From Candidatus Hadarchaeota archaeon (GTDB lineage: Archaea > Hadarchaeota > Hadarchaeia > Hadarchaeales > JAWBSP01), in contig CAZWBJ010000003.1 in NCBI GenBank assembly GCA_964632175.1, positions 5,513 through 69,512 on the forward strand: a stretch of 64,000 nt of DNA, read 5' to 3'. Within the stretch, counting starts at the first letter, position 1; each line of letters begins with the position of its first letter. Both the position numbers and the translations under genes were made by a program. This document shows, piece by piece, positions 28,658-37,380 of this stretch. The notes beneath the pieces are model-generated. The model did not search any database. It was not told where the DNA came from and was given only the letters and a program-made list of their open reading frames with translations.

Positions 28658-29404
28658 GTGAAGATTCTCCCCCTTCCGGGCGAGCCGGCTCTCCTTGACC
28701 CACGGGAGGGGAGGCTGGTGGTGGCGGATCTGCACCTGGGGCTGGAGGGGGAGCTCCTGAGCAAGGGGATCAGCTTGCCAAGCCAGATCCCAGAGACAAA
28801 GGGAAGGCTCCTCAGGTTAGTAGAGGAGCATCGGGCGAGGAAAATCCTGTTCTTGGGAGATGTCAAGCACAACGTGCCCCGCTCGACCTGGCAGGAGTGG
28901 AGAGAGCTCCCCTCCTTCTTCGAGGAGCTGATGAAAAAGGTGGAGGTGGAGATCATTCCGGGAAACCACGACGGGGATCTGGAGGGGATGCTCCCAAGGG
29001 GTGTGAGGATGCTGCCGGTCACGGGCGTGAGGTGCAGGGAGATTGGGTTCATCCACGGCCATGCTTGGCCCTCGCGGGAGGTTTTGCAGGTCGAGCAGCT
29101 GGTGATGGGGCACAACCACCCCTCCTTGGAGTTGAGGGACAAAATGGGGGGCAGAGTAGTGGAACCCGTCTGGCTCAGGATGAGGCTCGATCCCCGCCAG
29201 CTACCGGAGGAGGTGAGGGTGGGGAATTCCCCGGAGGTTATTGTCATGCCGTCCTTCAGCAAACTCGTCAAGGGGGCGCCCGTGAACAGGCAACCGGCGG
29301 AAGAGCTCATAGGGCCCCTCTTCAGGTGCGGTGCCCTCTCGCTGGGGGAGGCCGAGGTCTACCTGCTCGATGGCACGTACGTGGGGAGGGTGAAGGATCT
29401 TTGA
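28658..29404 (+). CDS. Metallophosphoesterase (PdeM-like calcineurin-fold phosphoesterase)
   Basis: Motifs ADLHLG, FLGDVKHN and GNHD; 248 aa. GTG start. Confidence 0.7.
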   Translation: MKILPLPGEPALLDPREGRLVVADLHLGLEGELLSKGISLPSQIPETKGRLLRLVEEHRARKILFLGDVKHNVPRSTWQEWRELPSFFEELMKKVEVEIIPGNHDGDLEGMLPRGVRMLPVTGVRCREIGFIHGHAWPSREVLQVEQLVMGHNHPSLELRDKMGGRVVEPVWLRMRLDPRQLPEEVRVGNSPEVIVMPSFSKLVKGAPVNRQPAEELIGPLFRCGALSLGEAEVYLLDGTYVGRVKDL

Positions 29405-30765
29405 GGGATGTGCTGATAGTTGGTGCTGGCCCTGCAGGTCTTTTTGCGGCTAAAACGCTCGCAGAGGCGGGGCTCTCCGTGCTGGTGGTGGATGCGGGGG
29501 AGCCCATCGAGAGAAGATCCTGCCCCGCGGCGGAGAGGGGGAGATGCCAGAGGTGTACTCCATGTCGGGTGATGTGTGGTATAGGTGGGGCGGGAGGGAT
29601 GTCAAGTGGAACCCTGAACCTCAGCCCTCAGATCGGCGGTGAGCTGAGCGTGCTGGCGGGAGGAGAGAGGAGGGCCTGGGAACTGATAGGAGAGGTGGAT
29701 GGGACTTTTCTGCGTCACGGTGCCCCCCAAGAGCTGAAGGAGGCAGGGGGAAGGGAAGTCAAGTGGCTCGAGGAGAAGGCTAGGAGGGCAGGCGTCAGAT
29801 TTATACCCATTCGCCAGAGACACATCGGAAGCGAACTTCTGCCGGGGGTTATCGGATCCTTTGTAAGGGAGCTCGCCGGCAGAGGGGTGGTTTTCCTCCC
29901 GCGTCTCAGGATCGAGAGGATAGGAAAGGGTTGGGTGAGCGCCGGGGGGAGGAGGCTCAGGGCGAGGTACCTCCTTCTTGCACCCGGAAGGTTCGGAGCC
30001 GAGTGGCTGCTCTCCCAGGCGCAGGCTCTAGGAATGAGGTACGAGTACGGTCCCATCGACATAGGCGTGAGGGTGGAAACGCCGGCGAGAGTTCTGGAGC
30101 CTGCCGTCAGGGTCTCTTGGGACCCCAAGTTCCATATCGTGACCGACACCTTCAGGGATTTCGTCAGGACCTTCTGCTGCAACTACCGTGGATTCGTCCT
30201 AGAGGAGAGGTACGGGGATTTCGCCGGCGTGAACGGCCAGAGCCTCAGGGCGAGAAAATCGAACAACGCCAACTTTGCCCTCTTGGTGAGGGTTGAACTC
30301 ACCCATCCCGTGACCAACACCCTCGCATACGGAAGCTCCATCGCGAGGCTCGCCACCGCCATAGGCGGCGGTTTCCCGCTCCTCCAGAGACTGGGGGATC
30401 TCAGGAGGGGGAGGAGGTCCACTTGGGAGAGGATAAGGAGCGGGGGGCTCAAACCGACCCTTCTCAGCGTCACGCCGGGGGATATCTCCATGGCTCTGCC
30501 CGGGAGGATGGTCACGGATTTGCTGGAGGCCCTAGAAAAGCTGGACAGGGTGTTGCCTGGGGTGGCCTCAGATCAGACCCTCCTCTACGCCCCTGAGCTC
30601 AAGCTATATGCTCTTCGAGTCGTTGTAGATGAAAACATGCAGACCAGCGTGCCCGGAATTTTTGTGGCGGGGGACGGGGCGGGACTGTCGAGGGGGATTG
30701 TGGGGGCGGCCGCGACAGGCATTTTGGCGGCACGGGGAATACTGAGGAAGGAGGGAGTGGAGTGA
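29401..30765 (+). CDS. FAD-dependent dehydrogenase (COG2509-like)
   Basis: Dinucleotide-binding motif VGAGPAGLFAA. A Cys-rich segment CPAAERGRCQRCTPCRVMCG. TTG/GTG start at the previous stop. Confidence 0.7.
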   Translation: MRDVLIVGAGPAGLFAAKTLAEAGLSVLVVDAGEPIERRSCPAAERGRCQRCTPCRVMCGIGGAGGMSSGTLNLSPQIGGELSVLAGGERRAWELIGEVDGTFLRHGAPQELKEAGGREVKWLEEKARRAGVRFIPIRQRHIGSELLPGVIGSFVRELAGRGVVFLPRLRIERIGKGWVSAGGRRLRARYLLLAPGRFGAEWLLSQAQALGMRYEYGPIDIGVRVETPARVLEPAVRVSWDPKFHIVTDTFRDFVRTFCCNYRGFVLEERYGDFAGVNGQSLRARKSNNANFALLVRVELTHPVTNTLAYGSSIARLATAIGGGFPLLQRLGDLRRGRRSTWERIRSGGLKPTLLSVTPGDISMALPGRMVTDLLEALEKLDRVLPGVASDQTLLYAPELKLYALRVVVDENMQTSVPGIFVAGDGAGLSRGIVGAAATGILAARGILRKEGVE

Positions 30766-30962
30766 AAGGGGTTTACCTCCTCATTCTCTTCTGCGCGGGG
30801 GTCCTCCTCTGGCAGGGCGCACCCTCCCGGCCCATTACGCTCAGGGGTTTGGTGGTGGGATTGGGCTGGATGCTCATGGCCATTTCCCTGTACGGTGTGG
30901 CCTCCAAACTGGAAGAGATGCGAAAGCAGGAAAGTAAAAGGGCGCGCAGGGGGAAATCCTAA
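30762..30962 (+). CDS. Small membrane protein
   Basis: 66 aa with 2 TM helices. Coupled between the FAD protein and rpl18e. Confidence 0.3.
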   Translation: MKGVYLLILFCAGVLLWQGAPSRPITLRGLVVGLGWMLMAISLYGVASKLEEMRKQESKRARRGKS

Positions 30963-31312
30963 TGCCAAGGCCAACAGGACCCACCAACCCGGTGATAAGG
31001 GAGCTGGTTGCGAGGCTGAGGCAGAGGAGGGAAGGAGTCTGGCGGAGGGCGGCCGAACTCCTCTCGAGGCCCACCAGAAGAAGAGTGGAGGTGAACCTCA
31101 GCAAGATAAACAGGTACGGTGACAAAGGCGTGCTGCTGGTTCCGGGCGTGGTCCTAGCTTCGGGGACTCTGGAGAAACCCGTCACGGTTTCGGCCCTCCG
31201 CTTCTCAGCCGAGGCGAGGAGGAAGATAACCGAGGCCGGGGGAAGGGCTCTGGGGGTGGAGCAACTGCTGGAGGAGAATCCCGAGGGGAAGGGGGTGATC
31301 ATACTCATATGA
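30962..31312 (+). CDS. rpl18e: 50S ribosomal protein L18e
   Basis: L18e sequence MPRPTGPTNPVIRELVARL. TAATG overlap. Confidence 0.85.
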   Translation: MPRPTGPTNPVIRELVARLRQRREGVWRRAAELLSRPTRRRVEVNLSKINRYGDKGVLLVPGVVLASGTLEKPVTVSALRFSAEARRKITEAGGRALGVEQLLEENPEGKGVIILI

Positions 31313-31737
31313 CCTTGGTGGTGGACGGGAGCGGGCAGATCCTCGGAAGGCTGGCGAGCTTGGTGGCCAAGCGCCTCCTGGAAGGCGAAAGGGTGATCGT
31401 GGTTAACTCTGAAAAAATCGTCCTGTCCGGCAGGAGGAGCACGATCTTCAGGGAGTATGACGAGTGGATGGAGGTGAGGGGGAGGACAAACCCGAGAAAG
31501 GGTCCCAAACATTTCAGAAGGCCGGACGATATATTCAGGCAGGTGGTCAGGGGCATGCTCCCGATCAAGAAAGCCAAGGGAAGGGAGGCGCTGGGCAGGC
31601 TTAGGGTGCATGTGGGAGTTCCGGAAGACTTGTCTAACGTTTCCAAGACCACCTTCCCAGAGGCCAGTGCCGGCAAGCTGGGAGGCAGGTTCATCACTCT
31701 CGGGGAACTGAGCCGCTACTTGGGGGTGGAAATTTGA
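31309..31737 (+). CDS. rpl13: 50S ribosomal protein L13 (uL13)
   Basis: Conserved uL13 (VVDGSGQILGRLAS...). Confidence 0.9.
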   Translation: MTLVVDGSGQILGRLASLVAKRLLEGERVIVVNSEKIVLSGRRSTIFREYDEWMEVRGRTNPRKGPKHFRRPDDIFRQVVRGMLPIKKAKGREALGRLRVHVGVPEDLSNVSKTTFPEASAGKLGGRFITLGELSRYLGVEI

Positions 31738-32126
31738 AGCCCTTGCAGGAGGTGGGGCGTAGGAAGACCGCCGTGGCTAGGGCGACCCTGAAGGAGGGAA
31801 AGGGAAGGGTTTATATAAACGGCATCCCGCTCGAATGCTGGGAGCCAGAACTCGCTAGGCTGAGGATTTCGGAGCCTCTGCTGTTGGCTCCAGATCTCGC
31901 CAAAAAGGTGGATCTTTGGGTCAAGGTTAAGGGAGGGGGGTGGGCCGGGCAGGCCGATGCCGTGAGGACGGCGGTGGCCAGGGCCCTGATCAGGTTCGAT
32001 CCCTCGGTTAGGGAAGTTTTCAAAAAGTACGACTGGGCTCTAATCAAGAGTGACGTGAGGAAAAAGGAGAGGAAAAAACCGGGGGGGCCTGGGGCTAGGG
32101 CTAAATTCCAGAAGAGCTATAGGTGA
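31734..32126 (+). CDS. rps9: 30S ribosomal protein S9 (uS9)
   Basis: GRRKTAVARATLKEGKGRVYINGIP. TTG start overlapping the rpl13 stop. Confidence 0.9.
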   Translation: MKPLQEVGRRKTAVARATLKEGKGRVYINGIPLECWEPELARLRISEPLLLAPDLAKKVDLWVKVKGGGWAGQADAVRTAVARALIRFDPSVREVFKKYDWALIKSDVRKKERKKPGGPGARAKFQKSYR

Positions 32127-32129
32127 AGC

Positions 32130-32318
32130 ATGAGGCCCGTCCGTTGCATGACCTGTGGGAAGTTGCTGGGGGACAAATTCGAGGAGTTCGACCGCAGGTC
32201 GAAGGAGGGGGAGGATCCGAAGAAGATACTGGACGAGATGGGGATAAAGAGGTACTGCTGCCGGGCCACCATGCTTACCAGCGTGGATCTCACGGAGGAA
32301 CTGGCCAAGTACAGGTAG
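32130..32318 (+). CDS. rpoN: DNA-directed RNA polymerase subunit N (Rpb10)
   Basis: 62 aa, MRPVRCMTCGKLLGDKFEEF...RYCCRATML (Rpb10 zinc bundle). Confidence 0.85.
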   Translation: MRPVRCMTCGKLLGDKFEEFDRRSKEGEDPKKILDEMGIKRYCCRATMLTSVDLTEELAKYR

Positions 32319-32591
32319 TTGGAGAGAGTTCACGTCTACATCCGGGGGCTCGTCCAGGGCGTTTTCTTCCGATACCACCTTCAGAGGCTTGCCAGGAAGC
32401 TGGGGGTGAAGGGCTGGGTGAGGAACCTTCCGGACGGGAGGGTGGAGGCGGTGATGGAGGGGAGAAAGGAGGCGCTCGAGCAGATGTTGGATTTCTGCAG
32501 GAGGGGACCCCCGGGGGCCGTGGTCGAGGGAGTGGAAGCGGAGTGGGGGAAGGCGGAGGGACAGTTCAGGGATTTTGAGGTGAGGTACTAA
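32319..32591 (+). CDS. acyP: Acylphosphatase
   Basis: 90 aa with the motifs VxGxVQGVFFR and GWVRNLPDGRVE. TTG start. Confidence 0.8.
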   Translation: MERVHVYIRGLVQGVFFRYHLQRLARKLGVKGWVRNLPDGRVEAVMEGRKEALEQMLDFCRRGPPGAVVEGVEAEWGKAEGQFRDFEVRY

Positions 32592-32597
32592 CCAGTC

Positions 32598-33518
32598 TCA
32601 GGTCCAGGGAATCAACAGCTTGAGCATATCGTGTTCCGTGATTATCCCCTCCAGCTTTTCCTCCTCCACCACGGGCAGCCCCCCGCACCCTTTCTGGATC
32701 ATGAGGGAGGCGGCTTCCCCTACATCCCTTTCGGGGGAGATGGTCACTGGGTTTCTCGTCATTATCCCCGAGACCGCCTTTCCAAGCGCCTCCTCCACCT
32801 TTCCCGAGGGCATCTCCTCAAAGATCCTGCTGGTTCCGAAGTACCGGAGCAGATCCACGCTCGTCACGATTCCCTGGAGTTTTTTCCCGGCCGTCACGGG
32901 GAGGCGCCTCACCCCGCGGGAGATCATCTCGGTACAGGCTTTTTTGATGGGGTCCGCCGGTGTGAGGACAAAAGGATGGCGGGTCATGTAATAGCTGACG
33001 GGGTTGCCCGTGACTTCTGGAAGGTAGGGCAGGAAATCCCTCTCCGAAACGATCCCCACCACCCTCTCCTGCTCGTCCAGTATGGGCACGCCACCCACCC
33101 CCGTCCTGAGGAGGAGCCTGACTCCATCCTCTATCGACATCTGGTTGGTGGCGTAGATGGGCTCCTCCGACATGATCAGGCTGACCGGCTGGTTCACGGC
33201 CGCGGCGAAGTTCCCCCTGAATTTCTCCTCAACTATCTTGTACTTCTCCCCTCCGCCTAGGAAATTTATCAGATCCCTAGTTATGAGGATTCCCAGTAGC
33301 TTCCCCGTTCCAGGGTGGACCACCGGGAGCCTCCGGATCCTGCGCCCCACCATCAGCTCGGCGGCGTCCTTTATCCTGAAGGTGGGGGGGACGGTCACCA
33401 CCTCCCTCTTGGCTAGGGTCATGAGGGTCCCCTCCTTCCGGCTGGGCCTCGACTTGAACTCCCTAGGGCCCCTCTCCCGCGCTTTGTAGCCTAGGTCGGG
33501 TGGCCTAACGATTCTCAC
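32598..33518 (-). CDS. CBS-domain protein (four CBS motifs)
   Basis: Repeated CBS units (hhxxxxLPVVD...GIIT..D). Confidence 0.75.
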   Translation of the reverse strand: MRIVRPPDLGYKARERGPREFKSRPSRKEGTLMTLAKREVVTVPPTFRIKDAAELMVGRRIRRLPVVHPGTGKLLGILITRDLINFLGGGEKYKIVEEKFRGNFAAAVNQPVSLIMSEEPIYATNQMSIEDGVRLLLRTGVGGVPILDEQERVVGIVSERDFLPYLPEVTGNPVSYYMTRHPFVLTPADPIKKACTEMISRGVRRLPVTAGKKLQGIVTSVDLLRYFGTSRIFEEMPSGKVEEALGKAVSGIMTRNPVTISPERDVGEAASLMIQKGCGGLPVVEEEKLEGIITEHDMLKLLIPWT

Positions 33519-34272
33519 GTATCCACCTCCTCAACACGGAGAGTTTGGTGAGCATCCCGACAAGGTTCCCCCCCTCCACCACCGGGAGATGGCTTATCCC
33601 GTGTTTCCCCATCAGCGAGAGGGCCTCTCCAATCCCCAGCGAGGGCGGCACGGTGATGGCGGGGGATCTCATGCAGCTCCTGACCTTGGCCACCGCCCCC
33701 TCCAGCCTGCCCGAGCGGATGAGGTCGTACCTGGTGATTATGCCGATCACCTCCGTCTTCCCGCCCTTCCTTCTCACCACAGCCATTCCCGAGCACCCCA
33801 CGCTCTCCATCCTCTCCCACACCCGGTTGATCCCCTCCTCCGGGTCGGTCACCTCCGGTTCCTCCATAAACTCCTCCACCCTTCCCCTTAGCGAGATGGC
33901 GCCTAGGAAGGCCGTGGCGCTCGCCATCCCGAGCAACCTCCTGTCGCTCCAGCTCTGGATGACGGGAAGTTCCAGAATTTCAGAGGTCACCATCCTCTCC
34001 ACCGCCCGGTCCACCGGATCGTGCGGGAGGAGCAGGTTTTGAGGCGGCAGCATGAGACCGAAAACCAGCACGCCGGATTTGGTGGCCCCAACTTTTAGAG
34101 CCTCCCTGTCGGTCAGGATACCTTCCACCCTTCCCTCCTCAACCACCGGAAGAACCCTCACACCCGTGGAGCGCATGAGGGACCTTGCATGCGTGACCAG
34201 ATCCCTAGGGTTAACATACGCGCGGCAGGGAACCATGATATCCCTAACTAGACTGGGCCCCCGCGGAAACAC
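33505..34272 (-). CDS. CBS-domain protein (four CBS motifs)
   Basis: Tandem CBS pairs. Overlaps the previous gene by 14 nt. Confidence 0.75.
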   Translation of the reverse strand: MFPRGPSLVRDIMVPCRAYVNPRDLVTHARSLMRSTGVRVLPVVEEGRVEGILTDREALKVGATKSGVLVFGLMLPPQNLLLPHDPVDRAVERMVTSEILELPVIQSWSDRRLLGMASATAFLGAISLRGRVEEFMEEPEVTDPEEGINRVWERMESVGCSGMAVVRRKGGKTEVIGIITRYDLIRSGRLEGAVAKVRSCMRSPAITVPPSLGIGEALSLMGKHGISHLPVVEGGNLVGMLTKLSVLRRWIRENR

Positions 34273-34277
34273 TCACA

Positions 34278-34802
34278 TCATTCCATCGAGTCCTTACAGT
34301 TCTCGCAGACCCACTTGCCGTTGACCTCGTAAAGGTGGGAGGAGACTTCCCCGCAGACCTCGCAAACGCTGGTGCTTATTTCCTCGGCCGGGGGCAGGGA
34401 GACGTCTGCAAACTCGGCCATCTCCGGAACCACGGACGCGAGGTCGCTGGCGGTCACGATCCCCACGAGCTTTCCCTCATTGATCACGGGCAACCTCCTT
34501 ATGTCGTGCTTGCTCATGAGCTTGGCGGCCTCGCTCACCTCCACGTCGGGGCCGATGGTTATTGGTGGGGAGGACATCACCTCTCCCACCAGAACCTTGC
34601 TGGGCTTCAGGTCCAGCCCCACCACCTTGGTCAGGATGTCCCTTTCCGTGACGATGCCTATGGGCTCCCTGTTCTGAACCACCACTAGGCATCCCACCCT
34701 GTGAGAACTCATGAGCTTGGCCGCCTTGGCGATATCGTCTTTGGGGGTGATGGTTACAACTTCTTTGGTCATCACCTCTTTTACTGGAATGGTTCTCCTC
34801 AT
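34278..34802 (-). CDS. CBS-pair protein with C-terminal zinc ribbon
   Basis: Two CBS motifs followed by CEVCGE...CENC. Confidence 0.75.
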   Translation of the reverse strand: MRRTIPVKEVMTKEVVTITPKDDIAKAAKLMSSHRVGCLVVVQNREPIGIVTERDILTKVVGLDLKPSKVLVGEVMSSPPITIGPDVEVSEAAKLMSKHDIRRLPVINEGKLVGIVTASDLASVVPEMAEFADVSLPPAEEISTSVCEVCGEVSSHLYEVNGKWVCENCKDSME

Positions 34803-34878
34803 CCCAAACCGCTGAGTTTTTCTTAATAAGGGTTCCTTCCAGAGTGAAAGCCTAAATCATAGAAAAAGAAAAATTGAT

Positions 34879-35571
34879 TTGGAAGTTGACAAGTGGAAGG
34901 AGTTCGCCGCCGAGAGGGCTTGTGAGTTTGTTGAGGACGGAATGAGGGTCGGGCTGGGCTCGGGGACCACCGTACAGAGAATCATCCGGGCGCTCGTCAG
35001 GAGAAGACCCCGGGCCAAGTTCGTTCCCGCCTCAAGCTCCACCGAGGAACTGGCGAGGAGGAGCGGGCTGAACCTCATCCCTCTAGAGACCCCCGAGCTT
35101 GATTTGGTGCTGGATGGGGCGGACGAGGTGGATCCAGAGTTCAACGCCCTAAAGGGAAAAGGTGGGGCCCTCACACGGGAGAAGATCCTCTGCCACGCGG
35201 CCAAGAAAGTGATTCTGGTGGTTGACAGGACCAAGCTCGTCAGGACTCTGGGGGGTCCCGTTCCCGTGGAGGTTCTCCCCTTCGCCCTCACCTTTGTGGG
35301 GAGGAAGCTGGAGGAGCTCGGGGGGGAGCCGCGACTGAGGGAGGTGAGCGGATCTCCCTTTCTCACCGACAACGGGAATTACATTCTGGACACGGCCTTC
35401 GGGAAAATCCGAGATCCGGTGAAACTGGAACGGGAAATAAATCAGATGCCCGGGGTAATCGAGAACGGCATCTTCCCGAGGGCGGCGGATGAAATTGTTG
35501 TGGGGCATGAGGGGGGAGCGAGCGTGGTGCGAGGGCGGAGGCAGTTCCTCTCCCTTTTGAAGTCATTTTAG
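34879..35571 (+). CDS. rpiA: Ribose-5-phosphate isomerase A
   Basis: GLGSGTTVQ, DGADEVD and LKGKGGAL motifs. TTG start. Confidence 0.85.
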   Translation: MEVDKWKEFAAERACEFVEDGMRVGLGSGTTVQRIIRALVRRRPRAKFVPASSSTEELARRSGLNLIPLETPELDLVLDGADEVDPEFNALKGKGGALTREKILCHAAKKVILVVDRTKLVRTLGGPVPVEVLPFALTFVGRKLEELGGEPRLREVSGSPFLTDNGNYILDTAFGKIRDPVKLEREINQMPGVIENGIFPRAADEIVVGHEGGASVVRGRRQFLSLLKSF

Positions 35572-35594
35572 CCTCTGAAAAGTAGAAAAAGATT

Positions 35595-35669
35595 GCCGGG
35601 GTAGCTAAGCCTGGTGATAGCGCGGGACTCATAATCCCGAGGTCGCGGGTTCAAATCCCGCCCCCGGCA
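35595..35669 (+). tRNA. tRNA-Met (CAT), elongator type (or a tRNA-Ile2 candidate)
   Basis: GCCGGGG-TA-GCTAAGCCTGGTGATAGC-G-CGGGA-CTCATAA-TCCCG-AGGTC-GCGGGTTCAAATCCCGC-CCCCGGC-A. The G1:C72 pair argues against an archaeal initiator tRNA. Confidence 0.85.
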
Positions 35670-36252
35670 CTATCTTGCTGCCCTTCACTTATCGAGGCTA
35701 TTTTTCCTTTTCCTTAGGAGGGCAAACACACTTAAAACGTATCCAATTTTTCGTTTTGAACTGAAGGGCCCGCCACTAGTAATCGGTCCCTCCTCAGGAA
35801 TCACAAGCTTTCGCGGATCGACCTTACCTCTGCACTCGCACTCGCATTTGAACGGTTCAATCAAGTGCACTTGGACAAGCTGGATCGCGACACGGGATAA
35901 GGAGTAACATAAGGCCTGGTGGCGATTAGTGGTACCACCGGGAATTTGCGCAAAGCGGTAACATCTGCTCTCACCACAAATCTGAGTTATCTTTTGGAGA
36001 GCTTACAAAGCAGGTGAAATAGACCGGAGAAACTTCAACATGTCGTCAGATCACAATAGAGAGGGGGGAGTTAGCTAACTGAACGTGATATCGAGTCCCT
36101 ATGTTTTCTCTCCCCCAGTAGTTCCTTCTTTTCAGGTAGTTCCTGACACGCAATCTGTTACTTTTTTCACCTTCAGCTTTATCTCTAAGAATATTCCCTT
36201 CTATCTTTTTGCCGGGCGTCTGGTTTGGGTGCAGGGAATTGCTTGATTGCCG

Positions 36253-37356
36253 TCATTCGCCCAAACTCAGGAGAGGAGCGAAGGGTAATCTTCTCAACAG
36301 GCGGGAATGGTAATCAAAATCCGCCTCCCTTGTAATGAATTTTTGGATTTTTCCCCTTTCCAACATTTTAATCAGGAACTCGATTTCCTTGTCCCCAAAC
36401 TGGGAGTAAATGGAGAAGGCTAGTTCTCCCCACCTGAATTCGGATCCAAACTTCCTCCCCACGGCTCGCCCGTAACTCTCAAGCGTTCCGCCTTTACTCA
36501 AATAATCTGAAACCGCCTCAGTCGCAAGCTTGGCACAGGAGAGACCGATGTATAATCCCCCCTTGGTGAGGGGCTTCACCTGCCCGGCCGCGTCTCCGAT
36601 GAGGATCACCCCTTCTCCAACAGGGCGGGGGCGAGCGGTTTTGATCACATCCACCGAAGGTCTTGGGATCTTTCCCCTGATTCTTTTCTCAAGCTTTTTC
36701 AGGAGGCCCCTGAGGAAGGGGAGGGGATTCTGCACGGTTCCAACCCCCACCCTAGCCCTCTCCCCCGCCGGGACCAGCCAGCCGAAAAAGCCTGGGGCCA
36801 CCTCCCTGCCGAAATAGAGCTCCGCAAACTGCGGGGTAGTCTCCGCCTTCACCTCCACCTGGGCGAACCTCATGAACCTGCGTTTCGTCTCCAGTCCAGA
36901 GTCTCTCGCCACCACCGAGTTGGGTCCGTCCGCACCCACGATCACCCTCCCCTCGACGCTGCGATTTCCCAGCCTCACCCTCCCTCCTTCCACCCCTCTG
37001 CACCTTTGACCTAGGTACAGCTCAGCACCCGCCCTCACCGCCATATCCGCTAGGAACCGGTCGAAGGCCGGTCTGTCTATCACCCAGGCCTCAGGTCTCC
37101 CTCTGGTGATTTCCACCCTCCTTCCCGAGGGCGAGTGAAGGATGGCTCCCCTCAGCTCCTCTAGGATGAGCGATTTCTTCAGCGGCAGCCCAAGTTCATT
37201 CATCCCCCCTATCCCGACCACGCCCGCACAGCACCAGGGATATCCGATCTTCCGGTGCTCCTCAAAGATCGCCACCTTCCATCCCCTCCGCGCGAGGTCC
37301 CCGGCGAAAAAGCACCCCACCGGCCCCCCTCCCACCACCAGGGCATCAAAACCCAT
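36253..37356 (-). CDS. Geranylgeranyl reductase family FAD-dependent oxidoreductase
   Basis: GGGPVGCFFAGDLARRG dinucleotide-binding fold. 367 aa, typical of archaeal digeranylgeranylglycerophospholipid reductase. Confidence 0.85.
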   Translation of the reverse strand: MGFDALVVGGGPVGCFFAGDLARRGWKVAIFEEHRKIGYPWCCAGVVGIGGMNELGLPLKKSLILEELRGAILHSPSGRRVEITRGRPEAWVIDRPAFDRFLADMAVRAGAELYLGQRCRGVEGGRVRLGNRSVEGRVIVGADGPNSVVARDSGLETKRRFMRFAQVEVKAETTPQFAELYFGREVAPGFFGWLVPAGERARVGVGTVQNPLPFLRGLLKKLEKRIRGKIPRPSVDVIKTARPRPVGEGVILIGDAAGQVKPLTKGGLYIGLSCAKLATEAVSDYLSKGGTLESYGRAVGRKFGSEFRWGELAFSIYSQFGDKEIEFLIKMLERGKIQKFITREADFDYHSRLLRRLPFAPLLSLGE

Positions 37357-37380
37357 CTTTTACCTCCGCCGCAGATGTAG

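Noticed and set aside
30874-31611. 245-aa minus-strand ORF over rpl18e/rpl13
   Set aside because: Antisense to two universally conserved ribosomal protein genes.
35595-35669. Possibility that the CAT-anticodon tRNA is the initiator tRNA
   Set aside because: Archaeal initiator tRNAs begin with an A1:U72 pair. This one has G1:C72 and a standard elongator T-loop, so it is elongator Met or an Ile2 precursor.
35685-35870. 61-aa minus-strand ORF in the low-GC island (MHLIEPFKCECECRGK...)
   Set aside because: No start context, no homolog-like features, and it sits in a region of atypical composition. It is probably random.
35670-36252. CRISPR array or rRNA fragment in the low-GC island
   Set aside because: There are no regularly spaced direct repeats, and rRNA signatures are absent. 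It is retained only as an unexplained low-GC insert (see findings).
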